Source: Macrostomum lignano (Eukaryota). From it: 64,000 bases of DNA. The stretch spans positions 1-64,000 of the forward strand of contig NIVC01000319.1 of assembly GCA_002269645.1 (NCBI GenBank). The letters run 5' to 3'. Under the pieces are notes generated by a model. That model was not told the DNA's origin. It was given only the letters and a program-made list of their open reading frames with translations, and searched no databases. Shown here piece after piece: positions 33,587 to 46,035 of the stretch (its first letter is position 1; each line of letters begins with the position of its first letter). The position numbers and the translations under genes are program-made.

Positions 33587-35523
33587 GCAATGATCTGTGG
33601 AATGGGTTTACTTCGAGTGGTCTTGCAATTAAGAGTTGAAAATATAATCCGCAATTTTGTAACAATAAAGATTTGAAATAGTGTGAAGCAATAGCATCTG
33701 AGCGTGATTTGCGGTCATCTATCCAGGGTCAGTTTTTTGTTTTATATAAGCAAATTTTCAATATGTAGAGCTTCGGTAGCTGTAGTATCAATTATCAAAA
33801 GTGTGAGTTTAGAGCAATTTTGAGCAAGTGTTGAACAGTTGTATAAAGTAGAACTGAGTAGAGTCGGCTGATGCGCCTGTACTAATTATAATATAGCTCA
33901 GCGGTGGAGCGGTTAAAATATTTCATAGAAGCAGCAAGAAAAGCTGAGCCTCATCCTTGGATTGAGTTTGATTAGAATTTGAACAGATTTCGGTAGAAGA
34001 TTCAGCGGAGGCGGCAATGTGCGCGTTGATTGATGCCTTTGAGATTGAACGGATTGGCGTTGAAAACTCAGCTGGTGAGTTGTGGTTAAGATGCCAGCGG
34101 ATGTGGCGATGCGTGTTGAGTACGCGATTTGAATTTGTTGTAAAAGGAACGAAAGAGACTCTGCAGAAGTCTGTGGAAGCAAGGCAGAGGCGTATGAGTG
34201 GCGTGCCAAAACTTCAAACTTGGAACACGATGAGCATGAACCAAGCACCAGTCCTGGGTTTAAGTGTGTAATTGACAAATAGATTCGGCCGACTAAAATA
34301 GAATTATAATTACCTGAAGGCAGGTGTAGAGGTCCTGTGTATAGGACAAATTGCCGCGGGCTTATCGCTGCTAATCATGAAGAAATGATGTGGCTGCTTG
34401 AAATTGAGAAACAAGGAATAGGGAATAGGAGAGGGTGGGTAGCAATCACAGCGTAATTTTTATTTTGTTTTGAGAAATTTTGAACGACTGCGAAGGCTAA
34501 AGGGCTGGTGTATGGGTAGACGAGGGTGGTAGGTTGTACTTTGCGGAGAAGGAAAGCGGATTGTAGTATAAATAAGAGCTTGGGACGGAAATTATTCCCA
34601 TTAGAGAACAATGGGGGTTTCTGATGGGAAAGCCCAAGGAGGGGGAGCAGCCATTGAAACAAAAATGAATTCCCTGGGGTAAGAGAAGATTGAGAGTACT
34701 GAGAGTGTCGCACCGGTGTGACAGAATCATTCTCCCTCACTTTCTATCCCTGGGGATGAGAATTGCAGCGGAGAGAAGAGCTGGAGCGGATCACAGCTGA
34801 ATTGTGGTAGGGCGTTGAGCCAACTGAGTGAGGCGCGGAGCCGATAGGGCGTTTTAGCCAACTGAGTGAGGCGAACTGAGGCCAGTTGAGGCTGGTTTGT
34901 GAACTGATGCAGACCGGAATGGAACTAGAATTTCCAGAAGACGAAAAACGATGCAGATCTGCTGTGAACCAGCCGGAGTAAAGGCGGAATTCTCCGGACG
35001 AGAACTGGTTTTGCGAGGCTAAAAATAGAAAAAGGATTGAGACAATGCTGGTTGCCTGGTTGGGATTTGTCGCCCAGGCAGGATATTTATAGAACAGAGT
35101 GAGATTGTGGAGAAAGAGCAAGGTGAACTTGACGTTCTTTGAGGTGAGGCGAGCAAAGTACTCGGAGAAAGTATATCAGAAGGGCGTAAATAGTGGGAAT
35201 GGGTGGATTCCCATCGGAACCGGTTTGAGGACTGGTTCGCTGCTGGTTCTCCGAAGCGGGAGAGCGATTAGAGGTTGTAAATTTAAGAACATTAAATAAC
35301 ACTAATCTTTTCTACGATTCTACAGCTTGGGAGAATCATACACGTAGTATTATTGTAGTTTTGCAAATTGTATTGGTTTTTATATTTTGTAATTTTTTAA
35401 TTTTTATATTTTTTACTGACCCTTTCTAAGATGCCATCACTAGCTCATAGCCAGCTCCACGGAGGTGTTCACCCCAGCATATTGAAGCCGGGCATGTTGA
35501 AGGAAATTACGGAGAGAAACAAG

Positions 35524-35535
35524 GTCGGGGAGCCA
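35524..35535 (-). promoter_or_regulatory. Primer-binding site complementary to tRNA-Asp 3' end
   Basis: Element strand reads LTR-AC-TGGCTCCCCGAC; the complement GTCGGGGAGCCA is the 3' end of metazoan tRNA-Asp(GTC) as I recall it. Confidence 0.8.
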
Positions 35536-35537
35536 GT

Positions 35538-36114
35538 CAAATGTTTTTGAATAATGTGTTGCGGGGGTGTGCCCCTCTGACGATGACTATGATCGTTGAT
35601 GTTGCTGTTGAATCAAATAAGTCGGAGGTTCGATTTGTTTCTCTCGATCTCTAACCTTCAACAAGATGTTTATTACTAATCAATGTTAGTAGCAATTCCT
35701 AATAGGATATTGATCACGCAATTACGCAAATTTGTTAAGCAATTCAGTGAAAATGGAGCCACAGGCTACTTATCGGTATTGTTGCACGAATTGACGTTTG
35801 TCCGGATTTATCTCTGTTAAATCGGGATATTAGAGTTCAGGCCCGATTGTTGGGGCAAGCTAGCGGAGCAGTTGAGGAGGCAAAGAGGCGGAGAGCCGAG
35901 AACCGGGAAAAAACTGGAGAGAGGCTTCATTCTCACTGAACGCTAGTATATATATGATTTCTATAACGCATTTCATTGGTGTTCGCTTCACGCAATAGGA
36001 TCTTTACTGGTGCACAAGCATGTGCTGTACTTTCCTGATAGAAAAACCTTCTGAAGTTCGCATTAGACTAAAAAATAACATTGGGCATAACATGCTTAAA
36101 TTAAGATCACTTCA
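35538..36114 (-). repeat. 5' LTR
   Basis: Matches 22729-23305; abuts the PBS. Confidence 0.95.
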
Positions 36115-36604
36115 TTAATATGCCGGATAAGCTTGTTTATTTGAAAAATTTAAATTAAAATGAGACCAGATTTTCAGTAATTGTTTTAAGGTAGTATTGA
36201 ATCTACCTTAAATTAATCTTGATCTTAAGAGATTGAAGCAAAATTGCCAAATGCTTGAAGCTGTACGAGCTAGTACAATGTTATAATTATGACGAAAACG
36301 AATTTTAATTGTACATGTACATGTAATAATTGAGTCCTCGCAATAACAGCTTGTCTTTACGAGGCACAGGACAATGCCAGAGTACAAAACGAAGGGTCCA
36401 AAATGACGCTTGTCATACGCGTCATACGAGATACATGTAAAACAAGCATTAATATAACTTTAGTATAGGTCAAACTAGATATGAATAGAGGTTAGCTAGA
36501 GTACATAATAAAAATAACAAAATTTCAATGTAATAAGACTAAAATATAGAAAACAATTCGACACGTTCACAACTCGTTTACACATTCTGTGAACAGACCC
36601 AAGT

Positions 36605-36970
36605 GTGTGAGCCAATCTATTTAGTTTTCCATAGAGACGCGTCAAGACAAGACAGATAAGATAGGTAGGGTAAACTGTTAGGGCTGAGCAACGTGTGCCG
36701 GACTACTCGCATAATAAGGATACGCGAGAGAGCTAGAGAGAGATAAGCAAATTAAAGAGTCCGATTTCGGACATTTTATTAAAAAATTCTTAAGACTTTT
36801 GGTCTTTTCCAAAGGCCACAAACTATTGACTTACTTTAGAGTTACTCCGCCAGCTCAAATTGTGACGTTGGTGCCATGAAATTCAAAAAGAAAATCAAAG
36901 TCGTAGACTTGCAAGGCAAAGGAGCTTCTGGAGTTCTTTCCAGGTCCCAGTGTTGAAAAGCTACATGTAA
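36605..36970 (+). repeat. Dispersed repeat related to 56420-56655
   Basis: Shared GTGAGCCAATCT, GACGCGTCAAGA, GAGCAACGT, ATAAGGATACGC, GCAAGG..GGAGCTTCTGGAGTTCTTTC..GGTCCCAGTGTTG in the same order. Confidence 0.65.
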
Positions 36971-37336
36971 TCCACTTTGCCTGTGCGCCTCGTCTATTCT
37001 CCCAGTGTTAAATAAGCGGTGATAATCAGTAGCGTAACCCTGCTACCATAGACAAACCAACGAGATGGATAGACATAGATAGCGGAGATAACCCATTATC
37101 TCCGCCGGAGTCGCACATGCCGTGGATTGAATACAAAGAATCGCCTGATACTAGGAGATGAGCCACGTTTATGTTTATGTAAACCTTCTTCGAACATAAA
37201 TTTTCTACGGGCACCAAACTGTTTGCCTATAAATCACTGCTCATGTCACGACTTGAGTAGCTGCTAATTAGCGCCGCTAAAATCGAGAACAACTCAAGTA
37301 CTCGGAGAAGGACAATTGCAATCTCTAACAATGTAT

Positions 37337-37431
37337 AATAACCTACTGAAACGAGGAGAATGTCTATGTCTATGTCTCGGCTTCGCCTCGGAGATTCTGT
37401 ATAGACGTTCTCCTCGTTTCAGTAGGTTATT
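37337..37431. repeat. 31-bp-stem hairpin with 33-nt loop
   Basis: AATAACCTACTGAAACGAGGAGAATGTCTAT pairs with ATAGACGTTCTCCTCGTTTCAGTAGGTTATT (one G-T pair). Confidence 0.85.
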
Positions 37432-38234
37432 GAAATGTATCCCACTTTGCCTGTACGGCTGTACGCCTTGTATATGTTGCTAGTGCTTTGCTAGCGGAGA
37501 TTCTCACTAAGTAACCTCCGCTGCCATAGAGGCATAGACAATAAAATTAACGCCTTGCCTTGAGCCAGAGTGAGGTTGGTTGAACACTTTCTTCTACCAT
37601 AGACAAAACGCGTCCCGCGAATACAGGGAGCGGAGAATACTCGTGATCTCCGCGAATTTATTAAACATTCTCAGCTCCTTGCATTCGTGGGATGCATCCA
37701 TTGAACTAATTTAACTAAGTCATGATTGCCTATTCCCGGAGTCTCTCTGTCTGCCTGGCGTCATTCTTTAGTAAATTCTTGTTCAATTTTGTGGAAAATT
37801 CTGGCAGTTGCTTTTTAATTTGAGACTTGAGCTTCCTTCCTCGACAGGGGCTACAGTAACAGTGATGAAGAGATTCCAGAGATCCGCCCACAAGTATATT
37901 GATATATAAGGCAATCAATATCCTGAGAAATGTCGCTCTCGATAGTCGGTTGCATATTGTTGAAGGAAGAGTTTCCCACAAACAGTAGTATAGAGTGAGG
38001 AATTTAGAAGATTTTATGGTCGGGTCAGCAGCATTACACGAAAGAATAATAGAAAGTAGTAGGCATAACTGGGCTTTTGGTGTAAAACGCATCTACTAAA
38101 ACCTATTTCTGCATAATGGCCTTGTATTTGAAATTAACCACCTTATTGCAATACCGAAACTTTGACTTAGCCTTGACTTAGCTGCAGGAGGCTCCGTGCA
38201 TCCGGATGCAGCGAGGAGGCGCTGCTGCCGGGGG

Positions 38235-38485
38235 GGGGGCATCACAAACCCAAAAAATCACAACTCCGAAAAGCGCTTTCCAACATAAACCCGAAATATC
38301 ATAAATTCGAAAAATCACAAACCCGAAATATCATAACTCCGAAAGTTCTAGCAATGTCCAACACTATTTTGGTTTTCGAAGTTATGATATCTCGGGTTTG
38401 TGATATATCGGGTTTATGATATTTCGAGTTTATGATGGGAAGTGCTTTCGGAGTTGTGATTTTTCGGGTTTATGATGGCGACCCC
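38235..38485. mobile_element. Fold-back MITE-like element with ATCACAAACCCGAAA subrepeats
   Basis: Left half repeats ATCA(C/T)AA(A/C)(C/T)CCGAAA; right half has the reverse complement TTTCGGGTTT(A/G)TGAT. Confidence 0.7.
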
Positions 38486-40101
38486 TGCCGCCTATATTTT
38501 GCTAACCCTGGCGACAATACGGATACTTACATCAGCGATAAAAATTCAAACACACCCCTCTAAAATTGCGCCTGAAATCGACATTTACTAAAATCTATTT
38601 ATGCTTATAATGCCCTTATATATATAAAATTTGCTATCCTAACGCAATACTCACAGTTTCAACTACTGATCTAAACGGGATAAAAATCAATCGATCAATA
38701 CAGGTAACAAACCCTCCCTAGAGGTCCCACTGGTTTCAACAGCATGGAGTAATAATGAATGATTCCAACAGCTATTCGCAGAAATTATAAGGCAGCTTCA
38801 ATTGCCCTCTAGTTTTTGATAGTTCACTGAAGCGCATTTCCCATACGTAACAGTTGTGGAAAAGACGAGTTTTGGATAAAATCATCCAGTAGAGCAGAGA
38901 TAAGCTCGTCAGGCAGAGCCAGGTAGAGCAGCAAACGCGCCAAAGTCCTGAAGTTCTGCCTGTGGACATGTGGAATTTGTGTGCTCTCTACCCACTCAAA
39001 AGGGTTCGTACTATTAAGCTGTCGTAGCGTAAGTTCGATCGTACGTTGGAACTTTTACACTGCGGAGATAGGAGCTAAGAACGATCTTATCTTACGATGG
39101 CTTCATAGAACGGGTCCAATGTGCTCAACTGGTGCTCCCCCACCCCACCTGTCTGCCCATTTTTAATACCCCTCACAACCAGACAAGCGATCGACTGACT
39201 CAGACCAACTGGTTCGTTTTTTCATCGTTCTCGTCCGTCAAGCAGTCAAAGCCTACTGGTGTCAAAGGTATGGAGCAATGAATATGATTATGACGGCTAC
39301 TTTATAACTTTTCTGAAATTATAACACAGATGAACTGAATTTAAACGCAAACAAAGAACAAAAATTCACCGGCTAGGTTGTTCTTTGTTGCGCATTCATT
39401 AAAACCAAGAACTGGACATGCAAGTTCTAATAATACGCTAGTAGAACCAACATTTGCCCGCCCAATACAGTACGAACGCGAACACTTGGAATTGCTTTTG
39501 TCAGCCTAGCTGAGAATCAATAGGTTAATACGTAGTGTACTTTATCTTTATTTATTCGCAAATTGGCGCGAAAAAATGGCTAGTCGATAACCGTTGCCTT
39601 GGATAACAGATACTGATGCAGGCGATGTCGCCGGGAAATCCTGTACTCAGTTAGGATGCAGGACCGCTGCTGTTTCCCTTAGTGAGCTTCCATTTTTAAT
39701 GAGCTCGGGTGGGGCTGGAGAAAGAGAGAAAATAACTATCAATTCTCAGTTTGAATGGCTTTTTATCACTTTGCTGGGCTTTTGCAGTCTACTCGTATGG
39801 CCCATAGACTAAGGCAAGACACAGCCGAGACCCTTCGCAAGCAGTGTATGGAGGATTCTCAATTTGGATGGCTTAATGAGTATTCTCAGTTGGACTCACA
39901 AAAGTAATACTGAAGTGCTAGCTCACTGCTATTTTTAGCTGACGTATAGAAAGCTGTCCAGAGGACGCCATCTAAACGCCGGAAGTGACATCATTTTGCA
40001 CAAGAGATTAGGGCGTAGCTAGAATACGCGGAATAAGGCATAAAAGTTTAGATAATGGAAAATTTGACTATTTTTAAGCCGACTACAAATCAGGCACGTG
40101 A

Positions 40102-43100
40102 TGTTATATCCTGTGTACCGTATAATTAATTGTAAGTATCCTGGGCCTATAGTTGATGGAACCCGGGCTGCATGAAAACACCTGTGCAAACCCCTGTTGT
40201 GTTTCCCCAACAGAAAAGAGAGGCTCCGCTTCTCTCTTGGCGATAAATACAATACACCCCTTGCTGGCTACGCGCGCACTGTAAGTGCAAACCCTTTCAT
40301 TTTGTACTAAAGCACTATATACCGAGTGCTTTACCGGCCTTTTTTCTTAAAACAAACAAAAAATGGCGACGAGCAGCATACCGTACCCCGCGGAGTTCCA
40401 AGCAGCGCCAATGGATTCTCCAGTGCCATGGGTGAAGTGGATCAGCGCTTTCCAGAATTTCCTTGTGACCGGCGACCTGGAAGCTGCGTCTGAGAAGCGC
40501 AAAAGGCGAACGTCCTGGACCTACTGGGCAAGGAAGGACGACGTTGGGAATCACTGAAGGACACGATTTCCCTTCTTTGGCTCGTCGAAAAGCATCAGAG
40601 AGTGACTCCTGAAGGAGAAGGACTGCCACACGCTGGACAAAGCCGTCAAGATGGCCAACAGGATCGAGAAAGCGATCAACGACTCCAAGAAAGGCGGTGG
40701 TCAAGGCCTCCAGGTGAAAGCAGTGAGCAAGAAGGGTGCGACTCCAAGATACAGCAAAAAGACACTATCGACCGGTAACAGCTGCACACGATGCGGAGAC
40801 GGATACGGGCAGAAGGACGTTTGCAAGACCAAGGGTCAAAAGTGCCGGCGATGCGGCAAGCTGGACCACTTTGCCAAGTTTTGCCGCAGCAAGGAAGTGT
40901 CGATTGTCAGTGCAGGAGAGACAAAGCAGCCAGGCCCAACAGTACTGGCCTCGGGTGGGATCTGTTTCAAGCGCTTGGCTTTACAATCTTCCAAGGCGAC
41001 AGCAAGGTTGTTTAACATCACTGAAGAAAGTGTTGAGCGCGACTTCATGGAGATCTTTAGAGACCTTGGAAAATCTAGAAGATTCATTTATCGACCATAG
41101 GTTGACCACAACGTCGGACGGGTGTCTTAACCGCTTCGGAGGCTAAAGGACGAAGTTATTGTGGAGATTGCCCGAATGGAGCAGGAAGGAATCATCGAGA
41201 AAGTGAACGCATCTGAATGGGTTAGTAACTCGCAAGAAGGATTCCAACAAAGTTCGACTATGCGTGGACCTGCGCCAAATTAACAAGATGGTGATCGCCG
41301 ATCGCTTCCCTGTTCCATCGATCGAGGACCTGTCGGACCTGCAAGCTGGATCTTCGACAAGGCTATCAGCAGATCCCGCTGCACCCTGACTTCAGGGGTC
41401 TCATATTCTTCATCAGCGACTTTGGGCTCTTCCAGTTTGCCGTGGTGCCGTTCGGGCTGTCAAGCTCGTGTGCCGCATTTAAAGAAGCGCTTTTGGGAGC
41501 CCAGGGCGCTATTAACATTGTAGACGATATCCTGGTGCATGGCAAGGACCAAGCAGAGAACGCAGGAACCTCCGAGAGATTCTGTGTCGACACCACGGCG
41601 AGGGTCTGATTCTGAACCGCGAGAAATCTCAGCGGAAGGCACAGAGCCAACAAAGTCTAATGTGGACGCGATCCTGAATATTCAAGAGCCGACGTCAGTG
41701 GTGCAGATTCAATATTTCTTAGGTGCAGTAGATCTCCTGCACAAGTTTATTACAAACTATTCTGCTACCGCTGAGCCATTGCAAGCATTGTTGCTCAAAG
41801 ATGCGGACTGGCACTGGGGCGACCGAGAGCTCACGGCGTTCCAGGCACTCGACTCCTAGCCCAGTGTTAGCGCACTTTGACAGCCAGGCAGATACCTACG
41901 TCACCTGCGATGCAAGCCTTGGTAGACAAGGGGTAGTGCTCACCAAAGTACAAGGCTGCAAAGAGGTCTCAATTGCATACGAATCCAGAGTGCTCAGCCC
42001 AGTCGAGACAGGACACTCAGCTGGGGAGCGAGAGGCTTTGGCTTGTGTCTGGAGCATCGAGAGGTGGCACAACTACCCGTGCGGACAGACCACAACGCAC
42101 TGACAGCATTTCTCGACTCCAGCGGCACCGATCATAAGCCGTTGCGCATTCACTGGTGGATCGAGAGGCTCCGCGGATATGACCTCTGGCTGAAGCGCAT
42201 CCCAGGAGATGAGAATCAGTGCGCAGATCTGCTATCCAGATGGGCAGCAACTGAGAGTGCCAGCAGAGGAGACCGATGAGGAAGGCTACATCTACGCTAT
42301 TATCGAGTCCAAGACGGCTCTGACCGATTCAAAGCTGGCGGAAGCAACGAAGGACGATGAGGAGCTGCAAGCCATTTTGCAGTTTATTGCTACTGGGTGG
42401 TAATGCAAGTTCAACCCTTCGACCTTACCTTAATGCCAAGGACAAGCTCTTTGCCTGGAACGAGGGTCAGTGCCTCGGACGAGTAGAGCGAGCGCGGTTA
42501 TTCCGCAGAGTTTGCGACTCCAAGTCATTGAAGAAGCTCGAAGGTCATCAAGGTCATCCAGGCATTGTGCGGACCATGCAGCGGTGTAGGGACACGGTGT
42601 GGTTTCCTGGCTGGTTAAGCACCATGTCAAGAACTGTACAGCCTGCATCCTGGCGAAAAAAATCCGGCAAGACGCAGCAGACAATCATGACTCCTTTCGA
42701 GTGGCTCAAAGCAATCGTAAAACAAGATTGAGGTTGACATCTTCGGTGAGGTTGTCGCAGCCCCGCGGCATCAGCGATTCCTGCTGGTTGTGCATGACCT
42801 GCACAGCAAATGGCCAGAGATCGCAGCGATGAAGACTGTGACATCGTCAAACGTCTGCAAGGCGCTCAGGAAGCTGTTCATCCGCTGGGGGTTTCCAGGG
42901 TGCTCATCAAGGAGGGTCTCGCCGCAAACCTGAGAGCGGGAGTGAAATTCGAGGATGCCATTGACCTGGTGCTGAAGACCTGCAGGACAATTCCCCATGC
43001 GCTCACAGAGGGTCGAAATGTTGCCAATGGGCTGAGAGAGGGTTTTGAGGCAAAGTGGGTGTCTATCGGGCACAAAGTCGTTGTAGTAAAAATGGTAGAT
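40102..43100 (+). mobile_element. Decayed Mag-like Gypsy element: probable 5' LTR (~40102-40358), PBS, gag-pol remnants, 3' end lost
   Basis: TG...CA candidate LTR; PBS TGGCGACGAG at 40364 (complement of tRNA-Ser(GCT) 3' end) overlapping the gag ATG; WVKWISAFQNFL, CRRCGKLDHFAKFC, RT (EQEGIIEKVNASEWV, VPFGLS, IVDDILVHG), RNase H (CDAS, EREALACVWSIE), integrase GHPGIVRT. No second LTR in the window. Confidence 0.85.
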
Positions 43101-43304
43101 ATTTGTGTCTTTGAAAGGAATTAGCAGAAAAATAGAGAAGAGCTAATCAGTTTCGTTCTGACTAACTGTCCCGTTAAACAGACTGTCCTGTTAAACAGAC
43201 CCGTTAAAACTTATCCGAAATCAACATTCTAAAGCTAGTGCAGACAAGCAATACATACCCTCAAGTCAAGCAATCATTTCCCCTTTCAGAAACTGGTGAT
43301 CCCG

Positions 43305-43688
43305 ATGACTCCGCTGATCTCAACGCTTAGGCTGGTGCTGTTGCTGGCATTCCTGATTCTGCCATCGCAACCAGCTGCAGCTCAAACTCAACCGATACTT
43401 CCGCTTGGTCAAGCCCGCAACTTTTCCATCAGCTCTAAACGCGCACTCGAAGTTCTTGTGAAATATACTCAGCCTGAAAATGAAACTGTAGCTCTTCGAT
43501 TGGAGACGACCAGCTACTCGAATGCGTCGCTTCTTGTGGTCGTCAGGCAGCAACTGACACTGCACACCTGGTCGCTGCCATACACCTTTGTTGATGTGAG
43601 CAGCACAGGCGATCAGAGCACTGTAGAGAGCTTCCAGTCGGTGACCAGGACCATCTGCCCACCGCATCTGAGTACTCAGACACCTGAT

Positions 43689-43719
<31 letters not shown>

Positions 43720-46035
43720 TGTATCTGCGGGTGACTACCGAGTCAGCTGCGCTCGTCACTGTGAGTGCTAGAGCTCAACTCGCTTCGAATTTTCGACTGT
43801 CGCTTGGAGAGCCGGTTCAGGTTCTGCTGCAGCCGTCCGGTCCGCAGCTCTTCTTCTTCGACTTCAACTCAAGCAATGCGAACGTCACGGACCTGAGAGC
43901 CGTCCGCATTCTGGTCGAGTCGAACGACTCCGCATGCGGTTTGGTGTCCGTGCAGAGAAGCCGCTGCCCCGCAGACCAGGTGCCTCCGTCCGTGCTCCAG
44001 CGAGGCTTCAGACAGACGCTGCTGTCCAGCTCCATCATCTTGATGAGGCGCGACGAGTTTAATTCCAGCTTCCTTGTGGTGCTGACGGCGTTTCCGGACA
44101 ACCGAAACTGCCTTGCCAATTGGGAGCAGGAGCAGCGACAGCGGTTTCCCAGCAAGAGCGTCACGATCAAGGTTGAGCAGATCGCCATGCACGACTCGGA
44201 GGAGTGGGCACTTGTTGGTTTGACTTTTCTTTTAGGTGGAGTAGACTGTGCTGTGGCAATAATTTTTACCTTCGTTTACGCTGCGGATTTAAATTCTTTT
44301 GTTGAAAGCTCCAAAACATTTTTTTTCATATTGGTTTTTGTATTGCTCATATCACTCTCTGTGATGAGTTTCACTCTTTCCTTCGTTGTTTTGCTTTTTT
44401 GGTTTTTCAAAAAGCTACTCTGTCTTTTAGTCTTGCTTGGTGTAGGCTTTTTAAGTGCTTTTCTGGGATATCGGTTTAGAATTTTAAAAAAAAAACGCAT
44501 TGGGCAAACTATATTGAAATTGAAGAGAAAGAGCGTGATATTTTTTGTGACTGCGGATGCCCTTGCGGTTGGAATTACAGTTTCAGTTTGTACTGCATGC
44601 ACTGCCAGTGCTGCGGCATCGACCAGCTCGACCCTCCTATAAAAACCGATGCTGGCAACCAAGAACAGCCAGAAAGGCAGCAACAACAGCCTCATGCAAG
44701 CCTTGTAATGCAGCTGACGGCTGTAGCTATCTTCTACTGCCTGCCAGTTTTTCAGCTGGTGCTGCTCCAGCAGGACTCCATCAGCTCCTTCGGAAACTTG
44801 GATGAGTGCTACTATAATTTCAAGTGCCGCTTTTATGTAAAAACAGAGCTGACGACATTTTTTGCATTCAACAATGCGGTATCGAATGTGGGCTACATAA
44901 CGGCCGGAATAGTGTTCATGGTGGTTGTCCTTTGGAAGCAACTTTTCCATGACAAGCCACAGGTGAGATCACTGGTTAGCCTAAGTACCCTAAAGTACAT
45001 GTGAAGTTCAAAACAAAGTTGTTGCCCTTAAGTAAACTTTTTTCTACGCTCCGGCAGCGCTGACTAAAGCTACCAAATGCTTTTGCATCTTATCTACTTT
45101 AGGCAACTGTTCAAGGATCAGAAGAGCATCATACGAATACTGAGAATGTGCAACTGCTCCCACCTGAGCCCCAGATCGCCAGACCGGTCGTCATTCCTCG
45201 CTGCTACTCGGCTCACTACGCCGCCGGTCTGGCGCTGGCCATGGAGGGCGTGCTCTCCGCCTGCTACCACATCTGTCCGTCGCACGACACCTTCCAGTTC
45301 GACACGACCTTCATGATCATGCTTTCCAGCATGCTGGGCCTGGCTGTCTACAGCAAGCGGCACCTCAGCTCCGGCTCGGTCGCCAACGTCACCTTCGTTG
45401 CGTTGGGCGTCACGGTGCTGGTGAACTCGCTGGGCATTCTGTTCTCCTTGGTTAGCCGAGAATTCGTGTTTAGCGTGCTGGGTGTTGTGCTGCTGCTGCT
45501 GGCTGTTATTGCTTTGATCGTTCGGAAAAAGCAGTTGTTGCAGAATTTCCTTACGTTCTTAGCTGCTTTTGTCTGTTTTGCCGCTGGAATCGCCAGTTTT
45601 CTAGTTGGATTTCTACATGAACATTTTCTATTTGCAAATTTCCTTCTGGCTGTGACTGCCGGATCTGCAAGTCTATACTTCCTTTATTACTGCATTCGAA
45701 AGTGTTGCAGAAAGACGAGACCCAGGGAAAATATGCCACTTGGAAAGCTCCGCTGCCGAGGAACTGCTGTGGTCTTTTTTTTCCTGCTTTTTGTCAGCTT
45801 TTCCGTCTGGGCCGCAGTCTATTTCTTCAAAGCTCCAACCGAATGGGAAGGCAGCCCGGCTGAGTCCCGAGACTTCAACAACGACTGCTTGTGGCATCCG
45901 CTTGGCCTGCCGTTCGACCAGCACGACCTGTGGCATCTGATCGGCTCGCAGGCGCTGCTCTGCCTGCTGCTCTTCGTTCTCTTCATGGACTTCGATGAAG
46001 AGCGACAGGAGCTCGCGCCAGACCGGATTTTCTGA
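43305..46035 (+). pseudogene. SID-1/SIDT-family paralog 2; frameshift at an A10 run (pseudogene or assembly error)
   Basis: Exons 43305-44962 and 45103-46035 (GT-AG, phase 0). Frame breaks at TTTTAAAAAAAAAACG (44482-44497); adding one A gives KTHWANYIEIEEKERDIFCDCGC and continues to SACYHICP and HDLWH. Confidence 0.8.

Larger units (their letters stand above)
22729..36114 (-). mobile_element. Full-length 13.4-kb Ty3/Gypsy LTR retrotransposon with an envelope-like gene between gag and protease
   Basis: Two 577-bp LTRs with no differences found by eye; TSD TTAAT (22724-22728, 36115-36119); PBS; domain order PR-RT-RH-IN (Gypsy type); GPF motif after integrase. Confidence 0.95.

Noticed and set aside
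13750-46035. Functional link between the SIDT array (RNA uptake) and the enveloped retroelement inserted within it
   Set aside because: Only proximity supports it; the region collects many unrelated TEs and the insertion postdates the array.
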